From the NCBI GenBank assembly GCA_043789195.1, contig JAYWIC010000027.1:2359-66358 (forward strand): a DNA stretch of 64,000 bases. The letters run 5' to 3'. The notes under the pieces were generated by a model. The model had not been told where the DNA came from. It did no database searches and worked only from the letters and a program-made list of their open reading frames with translations. The translations under genes were made by a program, and so were the position numbers. Numbering within the stretch: the first letter of the stretch is position 1; the number at the start of each line of letters is the position of its first letter. Source of the DNA: Arenimonas sp. (GTDB taxonomy: Bacteria > Pseudomonadota > Gammaproteobacteria > Xanthomonadales > Xanthomonadaceae). Of this stretch, positions 49,446 through 59,382 are shown piece by piece.

Positions 49446-50194
49446 CGCGAAGCGGGAATCACACGAACGTAGTTTTGTACGGTGGCAAATAACCCATCGT
49501 ACAAAGCATCGTTGAACAGAGCATGTCCAATAGAAACTTCTTTGGTCATCGGCAAAGCGGCGAGAAACGGAAGCAGGTTTTTCTGGTTAAGATCATGTCC
49601 CGCATTGATTCCAAGGCCAAGCGATTCAGCCAGCTGAGCGGTGCGACTGCAGTTTGCGAGTGCGACGCTTGCGTTGCCATTTTCAAAACTTTCGGCAAAT
49701 GGACCGGTATAAATTTCAATGCGGGTTGCCCCAACTTCAACGGCGATCGGCAAATTTTCAACGTCCTGGTCGACGAATAAACTCACTCGTTGGCAATAGG
49801 GCTTGAGAGAGGCAATCACCTCGCGCAGTCGTTGTTGATCCTGCAAAAGATTGAAGCCATGATCCGAGGTGATTTGGCCATCACTATCGGGGACGAGAGT
49901 CACTTGTGTGGGGCGTGTTTCCTTTACGAGTGCCAACAGTCCTGGATAATCGCCGCGTGCCGATGCGAAAGGATTGCCCTCGATATTGAATTCTACTTTA
50001 TCGGCCACCAACTGCGCCAAAGCCCGCACATCCGAAGGACGAATATGCCTTTGATCGGGTCGGGGATGCACGGTAATGCCACCGGCACCGGCCGAGATTG
50101 CAACACATGCAGCGTCAAGGACGCTGGGCAAATTTCCTCCGCGGGAATTACGTAAAACCGCGACCTTGTTAACGTTCACACTCAGCAGCGTCAT
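49442..50194 (-). CDS. pdxJ: Pyridoxine 5'-phosphate synthase
   Basis: LSVNVNKVAVLRNSR, GITVHPRPDQRHI, INAGHDL and EVSIGHAL. Confidence 0.96.
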   Translation of the reverse strand: MTLLSVNVNKVAVLRNSRGGNLPSVLDAACVAISAGAGGITVHPRPDQRHIRPSDVRALAQLVADKVEFNIEGNPFASARGDYPGLLALVKETRPTQVTLVPDSDGQITSDHGFNLLQDQQRLREVIASLKPYCQRVSLFVDQDVENLPIAVEVGATRIEIYTGPFAESFENGNASVALANCSRTAQLAESLGLGINAGHDLNQKNLLPFLAALPMTKEVSIGHALFNDALYDGLFATVQNYVRVIPASR

Positions 50195-50267
50195 GAAATA
50201 ATCCGGGCTATTATCGCGAACAGAGTATCATTGAAATATTGAGCGCGAGCGGATATAAAGAGATCGG

Positions 50268-53174
50268 ATGCGACCATCAACCATGAATAACTTATTCCGC
50301 GATCTTGGCTTTATCGTGCTGGCTTGCATCTGCTTTCTGCAGAACAACCAGGCACAGGCGCAGGCGGAGAAACTCAGGGTATATGGCGCGCCGTTACTGC
50401 AGCGCTACACCGCAAAAGACTATAGCGGGAATCCGCAACACAGCACGATTGCTACCGACAAGTCTGGCCGGCTATATGTCGGCAACAACGAGGGCATCCT
50501 GCGTTTTGATGGCACGACGTGGGAGTTGATCGAATTACCCGGTAGACAAAACGTGCGTGACCTGGTGCGAGCGAACGACGGTAAAATCTATGTTGCCAGT
50601 TTCGATACCTTTGGTGAGCTGGTCACCGACCAAAGCGGCAAGACAACATTCGTTGAACTGATGACACTGTCGGGTCTGCAAGGAAAAGATCGCCATGTAG
50701 GCAACGTCTGGGAAGTTGTTTATACCGACCTCGGCGTTTATTTTCGGGCCGAGGAAAATCTTTTTTTTATCAGTTACGACAGAAACACACGGCAACAGTG
50801 GCCCATGTCGGAAGATATGCGCAGCGTGTTTCCACAGGTGAATATTCTTTATGGCCGCGTAAATGGTCTGGGCTTTTGCAGATTCGACAACGGCAAATTC
50901 ATATTACAGCCGGGCGGTGAAGTGTTTGCGAACCAGCCGTTGGCGGGCATGATCGACATGGGCAGCTGGCGTTTACTGGTGTCGGATGAAGGTTTTTACC
51001 GGGCTGACCAGAACGGTATTAAACGTTTGCCGAACAATGCCGGTGCGGAATTGAAAAGTAGCGGCGCCTATGAAGTGTTGTCGTTGTCGGACGGCAGTTT
51101 TGTCGTCGGTACCAAGCAGGGCGATGTATTCCGCTTTGGCAAGGACTTCACCGTGCTTGAACGGCTCAAGCTGGGAAGCTATTCCATCGCTGCCATTAGC
51201 GCTGACAATGAAGGTGGCCTATGGGTGGCAACGGAGGGTGATTTGGTGCGGCTGGCAATGCCCTCGCCTTGGTCGTATCTTGATGCGACGCAAGGCGTGC
51301 AGGGTGTCGCCTACGATTTCGAATGGCATGACAATGCATTATGGACTGCCAGCAGCAGCGGGATTGCACGCATCGTCCCGCTTTCCAACGGCACAAGTCG
51401 CTATGAGCAAAAGCCCTGGGCCGCCTACGAGGCCTATGCCTTGGATAGCAGCGATGCCGGCTTGCTGATCGGGCACCGCGAAGGCCTTATGGTGCTTGAA
51501 AAAGGCAGCGACACCCCGCGAAATCTGGAGTACGACCTAAACAATGCGGTCAGTCTTTTGGAAGTATCACGTTTCAACGAAAACATTATTTACGCCTTGT
51601 CGAGCAAGGATATTTTCGTCTTGTCGAAAAGCTCGGGTAAATGGCAGATTCTGAAGAAATACCCGCTCGGTGATGCCGGCGTGGACACTATCATCGAGAT
51701 AGGCGCCGGCGAAATCTGGCTCAGTGATAACTACGCCGGGCCACAACGCTGGCGGCTTGACCGGTCGACGTTCGAGATCATCGAGAAGAAAACCTTCGGC
51801 AAAAACGATGGCCTGGTCCTGGACAAGGAAAAGCCACAACATGTGTACCGGCTTGACGGCACATTGCATCTAGTCACTGGCGACAAGGGCTATATTTTTG
51901 ACGGTAAGCGCTTCAATCCCGAAATGTCACCACCGTTTAGTCTGGTGGGGCGACCACACGAGTTCTATGTTGTAGAAACCGCGATGGGCAGCTATGCCTA
52001 TACCACCCGGGAAATGTGGTTTCGACCGAACCAGAAAGAGCAATGGCAACCCTTGCGCATGGGTTTGGGTAGCGCCGCCGGGTATGGCACGGTGCGCCTG
52101 AATCATGACGGTGTCGTTCGCATTTCTACCTGGGGCGGCATCTTGCAATATAACGATAAGGAAAGGAGCCCCCAGGCCGAGCCACTGTCCCTGAAATTTG
52201 AATACGTCATTGCAATTAGTCCCGACAATAAATCCAGCCTCGATTTGCCGACGGCATCGAGCTACTCCAACGTAGATGTGCCCGCTGGCTATAGCCTAAA
52301 GCTCCGTTTCTCGCTGGTGAGCCTTGCTAGCGGAGTCGAGTTTCGCTACCGAATGCGGCAGATCTCCGATGATTGGTCAGGCTGGTCAGACCGTGACCTT
52401 TTCATTCGTTCGCAACCACCGGGGGATTATGTTCTCGAGTTGCAGGCAAGAACCCGTGCCGGCCGTGAAGCAGAAGCCATTAGCTATCGCTACACGGTTT
52501 TGCCAAAGTGGTATGAAATTTTATGGGTCCGGTTCTTGATCCTGATCATGGCCGTGGCGGTAGTATTTCTGCTGACCTACTGGATTATTCGGCGTCGGGT
52601 CGCGAAATATCGCGAAGATAATGTAAATCTCGAAAAACGCATCAGTGACCGCACGATAGAGCTGGAATCACTCAATCAGAAGCTGTCGGAACTGGCCACC
52701 GAAGATTCGCTGACCGGGGTATTGAATCGTCGTGCACTGGAACAGGGCTTGCAACGCGAATGGTATCGTTGCCTGGATCAACGGCGCTCGCTATCGGCAT
52801 TAATGATAGACGTCGATCATTTCAAACAGTTCAACGATAAATTCGGGCATCTGGAAGGCGATGTGTTGCTTAGGGAAATTGCACAGTCGCTCAAACAAAA
52901 TCACGATGCCAAGCGGGAATTGCTGGCACGTTTCGGCGGCGAAGAATTTGCCCTGTTGCTGCCCGGCGTTGGCCTTGAAGATGCCATGGAGCGCGCTGAT
53001 AAAATCAGGTTGGCCGTTTCCGCGCAAAACCGAAATGTTACCGTGAGTATCGGTGTGGCCGGGTTTATACCCAGCATCCAGATGGAGCAAATCAGTTTGC
53101 TACGCCGTGCCGATGCTGCCTTGTACCGGGCAAAACGTGCCGGTCGCAACCGGGTTGAAAAAGACAACGACTAA
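50268..53174 (+). CDS. Membrane-anchored diguanylate cyclase with a periplasmic beta-propeller/Y_Y_Y sensor
   Basis: Signal peptide, two-component-regulator propeller repeats, Y_Y_Y-like FRYRM...PPGDYVLELQAR, TM helix, coiled coil, DSLTGVLNRR, DVDHFKQFNDKFGH and RFGGEEF. Confidence 0.92.
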   Translation: MRPSTMNNLFRDLGFIVLACICFLQNNQAQAQAEKLRVYGAPLLQRYTAKDYSGNPQHSTIATDKSGRLYVGNNEGILRFDGTTWELIELPGRQNVRDLVRANDGKIYVASFDTFGELVTDQSGKTTFVELMTLSGLQGKDRHVGNVWEVVYTDLGVYFRAEENLFFISYDRNTRQQWPMSEDMRSVFPQVNILYGRVNGLGFCRFDNGKFILQPGGEVFANQPLAGMIDMGSWRLLVSDEGFYRADQNGIKRLPNNAGAELKSSGAYEVLSLSDGSFVVGTKQGDVFRFGKDFTVLERLKLGSYSIAAISADNEGGLWVATEGDLVRLAMPSPWSYLDATQGVQGVAYDFEWHDNALWTASSSGIARIVPLSNGTSRYEQKPWAAYEAYALDSSDAGLLIGHREGLMVLEKGSDTPRNLEYDLNNAVSLLEVSRFNENIIYALSSKDIFVLSKSSGKWQILKKYPLGDAGVDTIIEIGAGEIWLSDNYAGPQRWRLDRSTFEIIEKKTFGKNDGLVLDKEKPQHVYRLDGTLHLVTGDKGYIFDGKRFNPEMSPPFSLVGRPHEFYVVETAMGSYAYTTREMWFRPNQKEQWQPLRMGLGSAAGYGTVRLNHDGVVRISTWGGILQYNDKERSPQAEPLSLKFEYVIAISPDNKSSLDLPTASSYSNVDVPAGYSLKLRFSLVSLASGVEFRYRMRQISDDWSGWSDRDLFIRSQPPGDYVLELQARTRAGREAEAISYRYTVLPKWYEILWVRFLILIMAVAVVFLLTYWIIRRRVAKYREDNVNLEKRISDRTIELESLNQKLSELATEDSLTGVLNRRALEQGLQREWYRCLDQRRSLSALMIDVDHFKQFNDKFGHLEGDVLLREIAQSLKQNHDAKRELLARFGGEEFALLLPGVGLEDAMERADKIRLAVSAQNRNVTVSIGVAGFIPSIQMEQISLLRRADAALYRAKRAGRNRVEKDND

Positions 53175-53202
53175 GCGGTTGCCGCATAGCAGCGAAAATC
53201 GG

Positions 53203-53466
53203 TTACAGGGTTGAATTGTTATCGGCGTTTTCAGCCGCTTTTCGTGCGGCGGCCTGTTCGCGCATCATTCGGAGTTCTTCGGGGCTGATCATTTTGCTAT
53301 CGTCGCGGCGACTACTTTCAAGTCGAGATGCCAAGAAACTTAAAATGGAAGCGAACATAAAGCCGAGCGCACCCAAAACAAAGAGTACCGTCAGGAAGGT
53401 AGGCAGCCCCTTCATCATGGTGAAACCAAAACAAGCGGCGGCAATTAATAACAAAATCCAAGGCAT
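53203..53466 (-). CDS. Small membrane protein of unknown function
   Basis: Two hydrophobic helices then a charged tail (ISPEELRMMREQ); downstream of cls on the same strand. Confidence 0.7.
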   Translation of the reverse strand: MPWILLLIAAACFGFTMMKGLPTFLTVLFVLGALGFMFASILSFLASRLESSRRDDSKMISPEELRMMREQAAARKAAENADNNSTL

Positions 53467-53507
53467 GGCATCGACTCCGGCAGATGAGGCGCCAGTTTAG
53501 CGCAGGC

Positions 53508-54929
53508 TTAAAGCAAGGGCGAGAGTAGTCGTGCAAATGCTTCCAAAAGGCGATTCATAAAAGACGTGGCCCTATCTTTGGGAACACGTTTGCTTTTATG
53601 AATGTCGTCTTCCAGAACCTTTGTCAATTCCGCCGCCACGCCGGCATCCTCCAGCAAGATGCAAAGTTCGAAATTCAGCCTGAAACTTCGATTATCGAAA
53701 TTCGAGCTACCCAGGATGACGGTCTCCGCATCCACCAACAGTGCCTTGGTGTGCAGCATTCGGGGGTAGTAATAAATCTTGATGCCGGCCGAAAGCAAGT
53801 CATCGAAATAGGAGCGGGCGGCTGCGTCTACCAGTTTCGAATCGCTTTTTTCAGGCACCAGCAGACGAACATCCAAACCACGCAAGGCCGAGGAAACCAG
53901 GGCCATTCTGGCCGCCTCGCTGGGCACGAAATAGGGGGTTACCAACCAGACACGTTGTTGTGCTTGCGAAATGGCAAATACCTTTGCCCGATGAATCGAT
54001 TCCCACTCCGAATCCGGGCCTGAAGGAATAATCTGCGCTTTTAATTTGGGTTTGGATTGTTCGCCAAAAAATTCCGATTCCTTGGGTAAACGTTTACCGG
54101 CATAAACCCAGTCTTCTAAAAAAGCCAATTGCAACCAACGCACCACATCGCCGGAAACAGCGATATGTAAATCCCGATAGGCGGCCGGATTGATCGCCTC
54201 GTTTTCGGTATCGGTGATATTGATACCGCCGGTAAAACCGGCGATGCCATCAACCACGACGATTTTTCTGTGCGAGCGCAAGTTTATTTTTGGTTTCCAC
54301 AAACCACGCCAGCGAATGCGTGTCTGATGAAAAAAAGCGACCTCCGCTCCGGTATCAAGCAAGGGCTTCAGAAAGGCTGCGGTGATGCTGGCGGAACCAA
54401 TAGCATCGAGCAGCAAACGTACTTTGACGCCCTTACGCGCGCATTCAATCAGCGCATCGCGAAATTGTGTGCCGGTGACATCGGGCTCGAAAATATAATA
54501 TTCCAGATGCACATGGTTTTTTGCCTGGGATATGGCTTTGAGAATCGCGGAAAAACAGGCGCTGCCACCGACCAGTATTTGCGCATTGAGCGCGCTGCTC
54601 GCGTCAAAGCCGCTGCTCGCTTCTGCCAGTACCGAGAGGCTCGAGTGCGGATCAAGCGAATCGGCGCGTGCCGGTTTTCCCAGCAGCGCTTTCGAGCGCA
54701 AACGTCTGGATTGCTGGCGCCGTATGCGTTGCGGCCCAAGAAAATGGTAAATCACGAAACCCAGAACAGGGATAAAGGCAAGTGAAAAGATCCAGCTTAG
54801 CGTGGCCGCCGCCTCGCGTTTTTGCAGCACAATCCAGACGCAGAGCATGACGATGTAGAGGGCCCATAACACGGAAATACCGAGCCATAAATGTGGAAAC
54901 CAGCTATTGAGTTGTTGCCAAAGCTGCAT
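53508..54929 (-). CDS. cls: Cardiolipin synthase
   Basis: N-terminal TM hairpin (SWIFSLAFIPVLGFVIY) and two HKD motifs (HRKIVVVD, HTKALLVD). Confidence 0.94.
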   Translation of the reverse strand: MQLWQQLNSWFPHLWLGISVLWALYIVMLCVWIVLQKREAAATLSWIFSLAFIPVLGFVIYHFLGPQRIRRQQSRRLRSKALLGKPARADSLDPHSSLSVLAEASSGFDASSALNAQILVGGSACFSAILKAISQAKNHVHLEYYIFEPDVTGTQFRDALIECARKGVKVRLLLDAIGSASITAAFLKPLLDTGAEVAFFHQTRIRWRGLWKPKINLRSHRKIVVVDGIAGFTGGINITDTENEAINPAAYRDLHIAVSGDVVRWLQLAFLEDWVYAGKRLPKESEFFGEQSKPKLKAQIIPSGPDSEWESIHRAKVFAISQAQQRVWLVTPYFVPSEAARMALVSSALRGLDVRLLVPEKSDSKLVDAAARSYFDDLLSAGIKIYYYPRMLHTKALLVDAETVILGSSNFDNRSFRLNFELCILLEDAGVAAELTKVLEDDIHKSKRVPKDRATSFMNRLLEAFARLLSPLL

Positions 54930-55004
54930 CGGTTTGTCGTAGAAGTTTGAGCAGACGCTATCATGGCAGAGCTGCGCCAATCGTGCAGCTTCGTAAACGA
55001 CATG

Positions 55005-55035
55005 AAAAAGCCCGCAGTTTTTTAACCGCGGGCTT
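55005..55035 (-). terminator. Intrinsic terminator after the TraB/GumN gene
   Basis: Minus strand AAGCCCGCGG-TTAAAAAA-CTGCGGGCTTTTT. Confidence 0.7.
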
Positions 55036-55064
55036 GAGCAGAACCCATTGAAACCTTTGCCCGA

Positions 55065-55943
55065 TTATTTCATCCGTTCAATCTTGTAGCCCTTGTCTTT
55101 CAGTAGCTTTACCACGCCGTCATCGCCGACCAGATGCAGCGCGCCGACGACGACCAAAATGTCGTCGCTTTTGTTGGCTTTCAACAAGGCTTCCAGTTTT
55201 GGCAACCAGGCTTTGTTGCGATCGGGATTGATACTTTGATAGAGCTCCGGATAATCCTTGCGCATCTCCATCGCCATTTTATCAAACAGGGTTTTGTCAT
55301 CGGCCTTGCGCCAGGTGGCGTAAAGTTCATCCATCTTGGCTTTTATCTCGGCAGAATCACCGAGAGCATCGAGCAAGAATTGTTCCTGCTGCAGGGACGA
55401 CATACTATCGAAAATGGCAATTTGTGAATCACCGGTTTCCAGCCCTTTTCCGGGTTTGCCCGATTTGGCGGCGCGGTCCATGAAATGTTTGTCCAAGCCT
55501 AGTGCCGCATCCAGACCGATCTTTTGCATTTCGGTCACGGAGAGAATCAAACCCACGAACCAGGGCTCGAATCCCTGGAAATTTGCGACCGGCAGATTGT
55601 TTTTTGCTGCATAGGCTTCGAATTTTTTCCAGGTCTCGGCCGAAACGCTTTGCTGCAGATTTTTGCCATGGGGAAGCATGGCGGCCTGTGCCATTTTTTG
55701 ACCCAGTGCCGGGTTATTCATTTCTTCCGGCGATAATTCAAAATACAGTTGCTCGGCATCGTCAAAAGCGACATCGGTACTTTTGGCAAGCGGATAGTCA
55801 TCGGCTTTGAGCATGTGGAACGACCCGAGCAGATACAAACTATTGTCGGCATCGCTGACTTTCCATAACAGGGGTTTAGGTGCTTCGGCGCAGGCAATAT
55901 TTGAAGCGAACAGCAAGAACAGGAGTGAAAAAATTTTTTTCAT
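55065..55943 (-). CDS. TraB/GumN family secreted protein
   Basis: Signal peptide, LLWKVS...YLLGSFH, GLDKHF, GLET, RNKAW and VVVGALHL. Confidence 0.9.
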   Translation of the reverse strand: MKKIFSLLFLLFASNIACAEAPKPLLWKVSDADNSLYLLGSFHMLKADDYPLAKSTDVAFDDAEQLYFELSPEEMNNPALGQKMAQAAMLPHGKNLQQSVSAETWKKFEAYAAKNNLPVANFQGFEPWFVGLILSVTEMQKIGLDAALGLDKHFMDRAAKSGKPGKGLETGDSQIAIFDSMSSLQQEQFLLDALGDSAEIKAKMDELYATWRKADDKTLFDKMAMEMRKDYPELYQSINPDRNKAWLPKLEALLKANKSDDILVVVGALHLVGDDGVVKLLKDKGYKIERMK

Positions 55944-55991
55944 TTGAATCTCGAAAATGAACAGCGATTTAAAATGCGGAAATAAGTGGCG

Positions 55992-56711
55992 TCATGCACT
56001 TGGGTACAACACCTCGGCGCGTTGATACAACACCCAGCTGGTCGCGATGTATTTATCGCCGTTTACCGGCTTGTTGCCGCGATGGGTGTGGGTGAAAGCC
56101 GTCGGAGCGATGAGCAGCGAGCCGGTTTCGGGCCTTATTTTTTTATGCTGATACAAAAATTCGGTTTCGCCCTCGTCGAATTCGTCGTTTAGATAGAACG
56201 TCCACAACACGGCGCGATGCAAGGTGTCGCAGGAAGCGTCTTTAGGATACAACTCGCAATGCCAGTACGGATAACCGCCCTTGTTGGCGGTATAGCGCTG
56301 GATATTGATGGCGCCGGGTCGCAAGACCGCACGCACGATATCGCCTAACTGTTTTTCCGGCATGTGTTTGAAATCTTCGGCACTCAAGCGACGAGATGCG
56401 GCGCCATCGGCACCGGGAACTTGCAACATCAACGGAGCAATCAGGGTATGCGGATATTTCCGGATGTATTTCATCAAGCCTTTGAACATCGCGGCATTCA
56501 GGGCATTCTCGATCTCGCGCCATTCCGGGTTGCCGGTGATCTGGAAATCGCTGCTGTCTTTCAAATCCGGCATCACGCCGCCGCCGACTCTGCCTGGCAC
56601 GGCGGCGCGGCTGTCTTCAAAATGCTTGATCATCGCGGCGCAGGCCTGCTTCGACAAAGACTCGGGATAGACCTCGATAAAATCAGACGGGGTGGCGTTG
56701 TCCGTTGGCAT
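55992..56711 (-). CDS. 2OG-Fe(II) oxygenase (prolyl-hydroxylase-like)
   Basis: YWHCE (HxD/E), FYLND...EGETEF, and HTHRG...KYIATSW facial-triad and 2OG-binding pattern. Confidence 0.88.
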   Translation of the reverse strand: MPTDNATPSDFIEVYPESLSKQACAAMIKHFEDSRAAVPGRVGGGVMPDLKDSSDFQITGNPEWREIENALNAAMFKGLMKYIRKYPHTLIAPLMLQVPGADGAASRRLSAEDFKHMPEKQLGDIVRAVLRPGAINIQRYTANKGGYPYWHCELYPKDASCDTLHRAVLWTFYLNDEFDEGETEFLYQHKKIRPETGSLLIAPTAFTHTHRGNKPVNGDKYIATSWVLYQRAEVLYPSA

Positions 56712-57727
56712 CAGGAATTTTTTTCATCGAATTGGGCGTGATAACGAACCGCCGTTTCCACTTCCGCTTTCGAGCCCATGAATACTGGAACGCGTTGATG
56801 CAATCCGCTCGGCTTTACATCCAGCATTCGCATACGCCCGGTGCTGGCGGCACCGCCGGCTTGTTCTACTAAAAAACTCATCGGGTTGGCTTCGTACATC
56901 AATCGCAATTTGCCGCCTTTGTCGCGGCATTTACTGTCGAGCGGATACGAAAAAATACCGCCGCGCGTCATGATGCGATGTACGTCGGCGACCATCGAGG
57001 CGACCCAGCGCATATTGAAATCCTTGCCGCGAGGACCTTCCTTGCCGCTCAGCATGTCGCCGACATAAGCCTGCATCGGTGCTTCCCAGAAACGCTGATT
57101 GGAAACATTCACGGCAAACTCTTTTGTTTCGTCTGGAATCTGCATATCGCGTTTGGTCAGCACGAAACTGCCCTGCTCTCTGTCCAGCGTGAAACCGTGC
57201 GTACCGCGACCGACCGTCAGCACCAGCATCGTGCTTGGCCCATAGGTCGTGTAGCCGGCGCAGACTTGTTCACTGCCTGGCTGCAGAAAATGTTCGTCTT
57301 CCGGCGCGATGATGCCGTCGGGGCAACGCAGTACCGAGAAAATCGTGCCGACCGAAATGTTGACGTCGATATTCGAACTGCCATCGAGGGGATCAAACAA
57401 TAACAAATAATTGCCTTTCGGATAGGCGTTCGGAATCGGATGCGAGTGTTCCATTTCCTCCGAAGCCAGGCCAGCGAGATGGCCGCCCCATTCATTGGCC
57501 TCAAGAAAAATTTCATTCGAAAGCACGTCGAGTTTCTTTTGCGCCTCGCCCTGAATATTGCCAGTGCCGGCTTCACCGAGCACGCCGCCCAACTCACCTT
57601 TGCTAATCGCTGTTGAAATGGTTTTGCAGGCGCGGGCCACGACTTCAATCAGTAATCGCAAATCGGCATTGATAAAACCGGCATGTTGTTCTTCGATCAG
57701 AAAACGGGTCAGTGAAATGGATTTCAT
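56711..57727 (-). CDS. fbp: Class 1 fructose-1,6-bisphosphatase
   Basis: [33 protein letters not shown] and [10 protein letters not shown]. Confidence 0.96.
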   Translation of the reverse strand: MKSISLTRFLIEEQHAGFINADLRLLIEVVARACKTISTAISKGELGGVLGEAGTGNIQGEAQKKLDVLSNEIFLEANEWGGHLAGLASEEMEHSHPIPNAYPKGNYLLLFDPLDGSSNIDVNISVGTIFSVLRCPDGIIAPEDEHFLQPGSEQVCAGYTTYGPSTMLVLTVGRGTHGFTLDREQGSFVLTKRDMQIPDETKEFAVNVSNQRFWEAPMQAYVGDMLSGKEGPRGKDFNMRWVASMVADVHRIMTRGGIFSYPLDSKCRDKGGKLRLMYEANPMSFLVEQAGGAASTGRMRMLDVKPSGLHQRVPVFMGSKAEVETAVRYHAQFDEKNS

Positions 57728-57801
57728 GAAGGGCGCTCGAAAGTCAGTGCGCTATTGTCTCGCCCATACCCGCCCTTGCCAAGCGGTGGCACAATGGACC
57801 G

Positions 57802-59046
57802 ATGCCGAATATCGATTTTTCCCTCTTGCCCGTTTTGCTCGCTGCGCTTGGTCTTGGCTTGTTGATTGGTGCTGTGCGCGAGCGCCAGCACAAGGATCCG
57901 ATGGCCGGTGTACGCACGCATGCCCTGGTCTCGCTGCTCGGTGCCATCGGTTTGTATATCAGCATCTGGGCACTGGGTCTGGTTTTGCTGCTGCTGGTCG
58001 GGCTGGTATGGATTTCGTATTGGCGGCAATCGGAAAAAGACAATGGCATGACCGGCGAAATCGCCTTGTTGCTGACCTGTCTGCTGGGGGCCTTATGCCT
58101 GACGCAACCGGCACTGGCGACCGCATCCGGTGTTGTTGTTGCCGTATTGCTGTACGCAAAAAACAGCTTGCATCGATTCACCAAGGAAATTCTCAGTGAA
58201 GCCGAAGTCCATGACGGCCTGATCCTGCTGGGCTCGGCTTTGGTCATTCTGCCTTTGCTACCCGACACCGCGATGGGACCGAATGGCGTGCTGAATCCGA
58301 CATCGATCTGGCGCCTTGTCGTGCTGATCATGTTGATCAGCACCATGGGTCATATCAGTTTGCGATTGGTCGGCAACCGCTGGGGGCTTGCCCTGGCCGG
58401 ATTTTTTTCCGGCTATGTGTCATCCACGGCAGCCGTTGCCGGCTTTGGCGAGCGCGTACGCGAGCAAGCCGAGTTATTGCGTTCCTGCGTGGCCGCCGCG
58501 ATGTTCGCCAATCTGGCGTCACTGAGTTTGTTCATTCCGGTTTTACTGGCCGTGTCACCCACGCTTTTGAAAAGCCTGTGGCTGGAACTGGGCGTGGGCG
58601 CAGGCATTCTGCTCGCCGGTGGTTTGCTCGGTTTGCATGCCGGCAAAGATGAAAAAAAGAGTGTGCCCAATATGCAGACCCGCATGTTCCGGATCGGCCA
58701 TGCCTTGATGTTGGCGGGCATGATTTCCGCGGTGATATTGATTTCGGCCTGGCTGACTCAGCAGTTTGGTTCGAATATTGCCCTGTTAGCCAGCATGTTT
58801 GCTGCACTCGCCGAAGTGCATGCCTCGGCGGCCAGTCTGGGGCAATTGGTAAAAAGCGAAGCGATCGATTTGCAGACGGCGCATTGGGGCTTTTTCGGCA
58901 TCATGGCCTTCAGCGCGGTAGCCAAGTCGGCTGTCGCCTGGGTCAGTGGAGGCAAGGCATACGGTCTTCGCGTCACGATTGGCCTAGCTGGGATGCTGGT
59001 GGGTATTTTATTGATGGTGATCGCAAGCCAATTTCTTGGTTGGTGA
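57802..59046 (+). CDS. MgtC/SapB family membrane protein (DUF4010-type)
   Basis: GLLIGAVRE, AGVRTHALVSL, GMTGEIA and SGYVSSTA; about 12 TM helices. Confidence 0.85.
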   Translation: MPNIDFSLLPVLLAALGLGLLIGAVRERQHKDPMAGVRTHALVSLLGAIGLYISIWALGLVLLLLVGLVWISYWRQSEKDNGMTGEIALLLTCLLGALCLTQPALATASGVVVAVLLYAKNSLHRFTKEILSEAEVHDGLILLGSALVILPLLPDTAMGPNGVLNPTSIWRLVVLIMLISTMGHISLRLVGNRWGLALAGFFSGYVSSTAAVAGFGERVREQAELLRSCVAAAMFANLASLSLFIPVLLAVSPTLLKSLWLELGVGAGILLAGGLLGLHAGKDEKKSVPNMQTRMFRIGHALMLAGMISAVILISAWLTQQFGSNIALLASMFAALAEVHASAASLGQLVKSEAIDLQTAHWGFFGIMAFSAVAKSAVAWVSGGKAYGLRVTIGLAGMLVGILLMVIASQFLGW

Positions 59047-59052
59047 GGCCGA

Positions 59053-59373
59053 CTAGTTTTTTTGTTTTTCCAGTCTGGCTTTGGCGATAGAAATCGCTTC
59101 GGCATCGGCCGCTTCGACGATTTCCAGTCGTCCGAGAATGTCGATATTCGCACCACTCTCGATTTCGATATTGCCCTTGATGATGACATTCGCGCTTTTG
59201 CCGATCACGATATTGGCGCCCTTCGAAATCACAACATTGCTTTCGCGTGGATCCGCTTTCAATTTATAAACGCTATGGCAGTAGGCGCAAGCGACCAGTT
59301 CGTCATCGCGGCGGTCAAAAGCGCTTGCACCGCATTGGCTGCACTGCGCTTGCAACATTGTCTTTCTTGCCAT
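59053..59373 (-). CDS. Small protein with a zinc ribbon plus a short beta-solenoid segment
   Basis: CSQCG...CAYC followed by VVISKGANIVIGKSANVIIKGNIEIESGANIDILGRLEIV. Confidence 0.7.
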   Translation of the reverse strand: MARKTMLQAQCSQCGASAFDRRDDELVACAYCHSVYKLKADPRESNVVISKGANIVIGKSANVIIKGNIEIESGANIDILGRLEIVEAADAEAISIAKARLEKQKN

Positions 59374-59382
59374 GTGAAGCGC

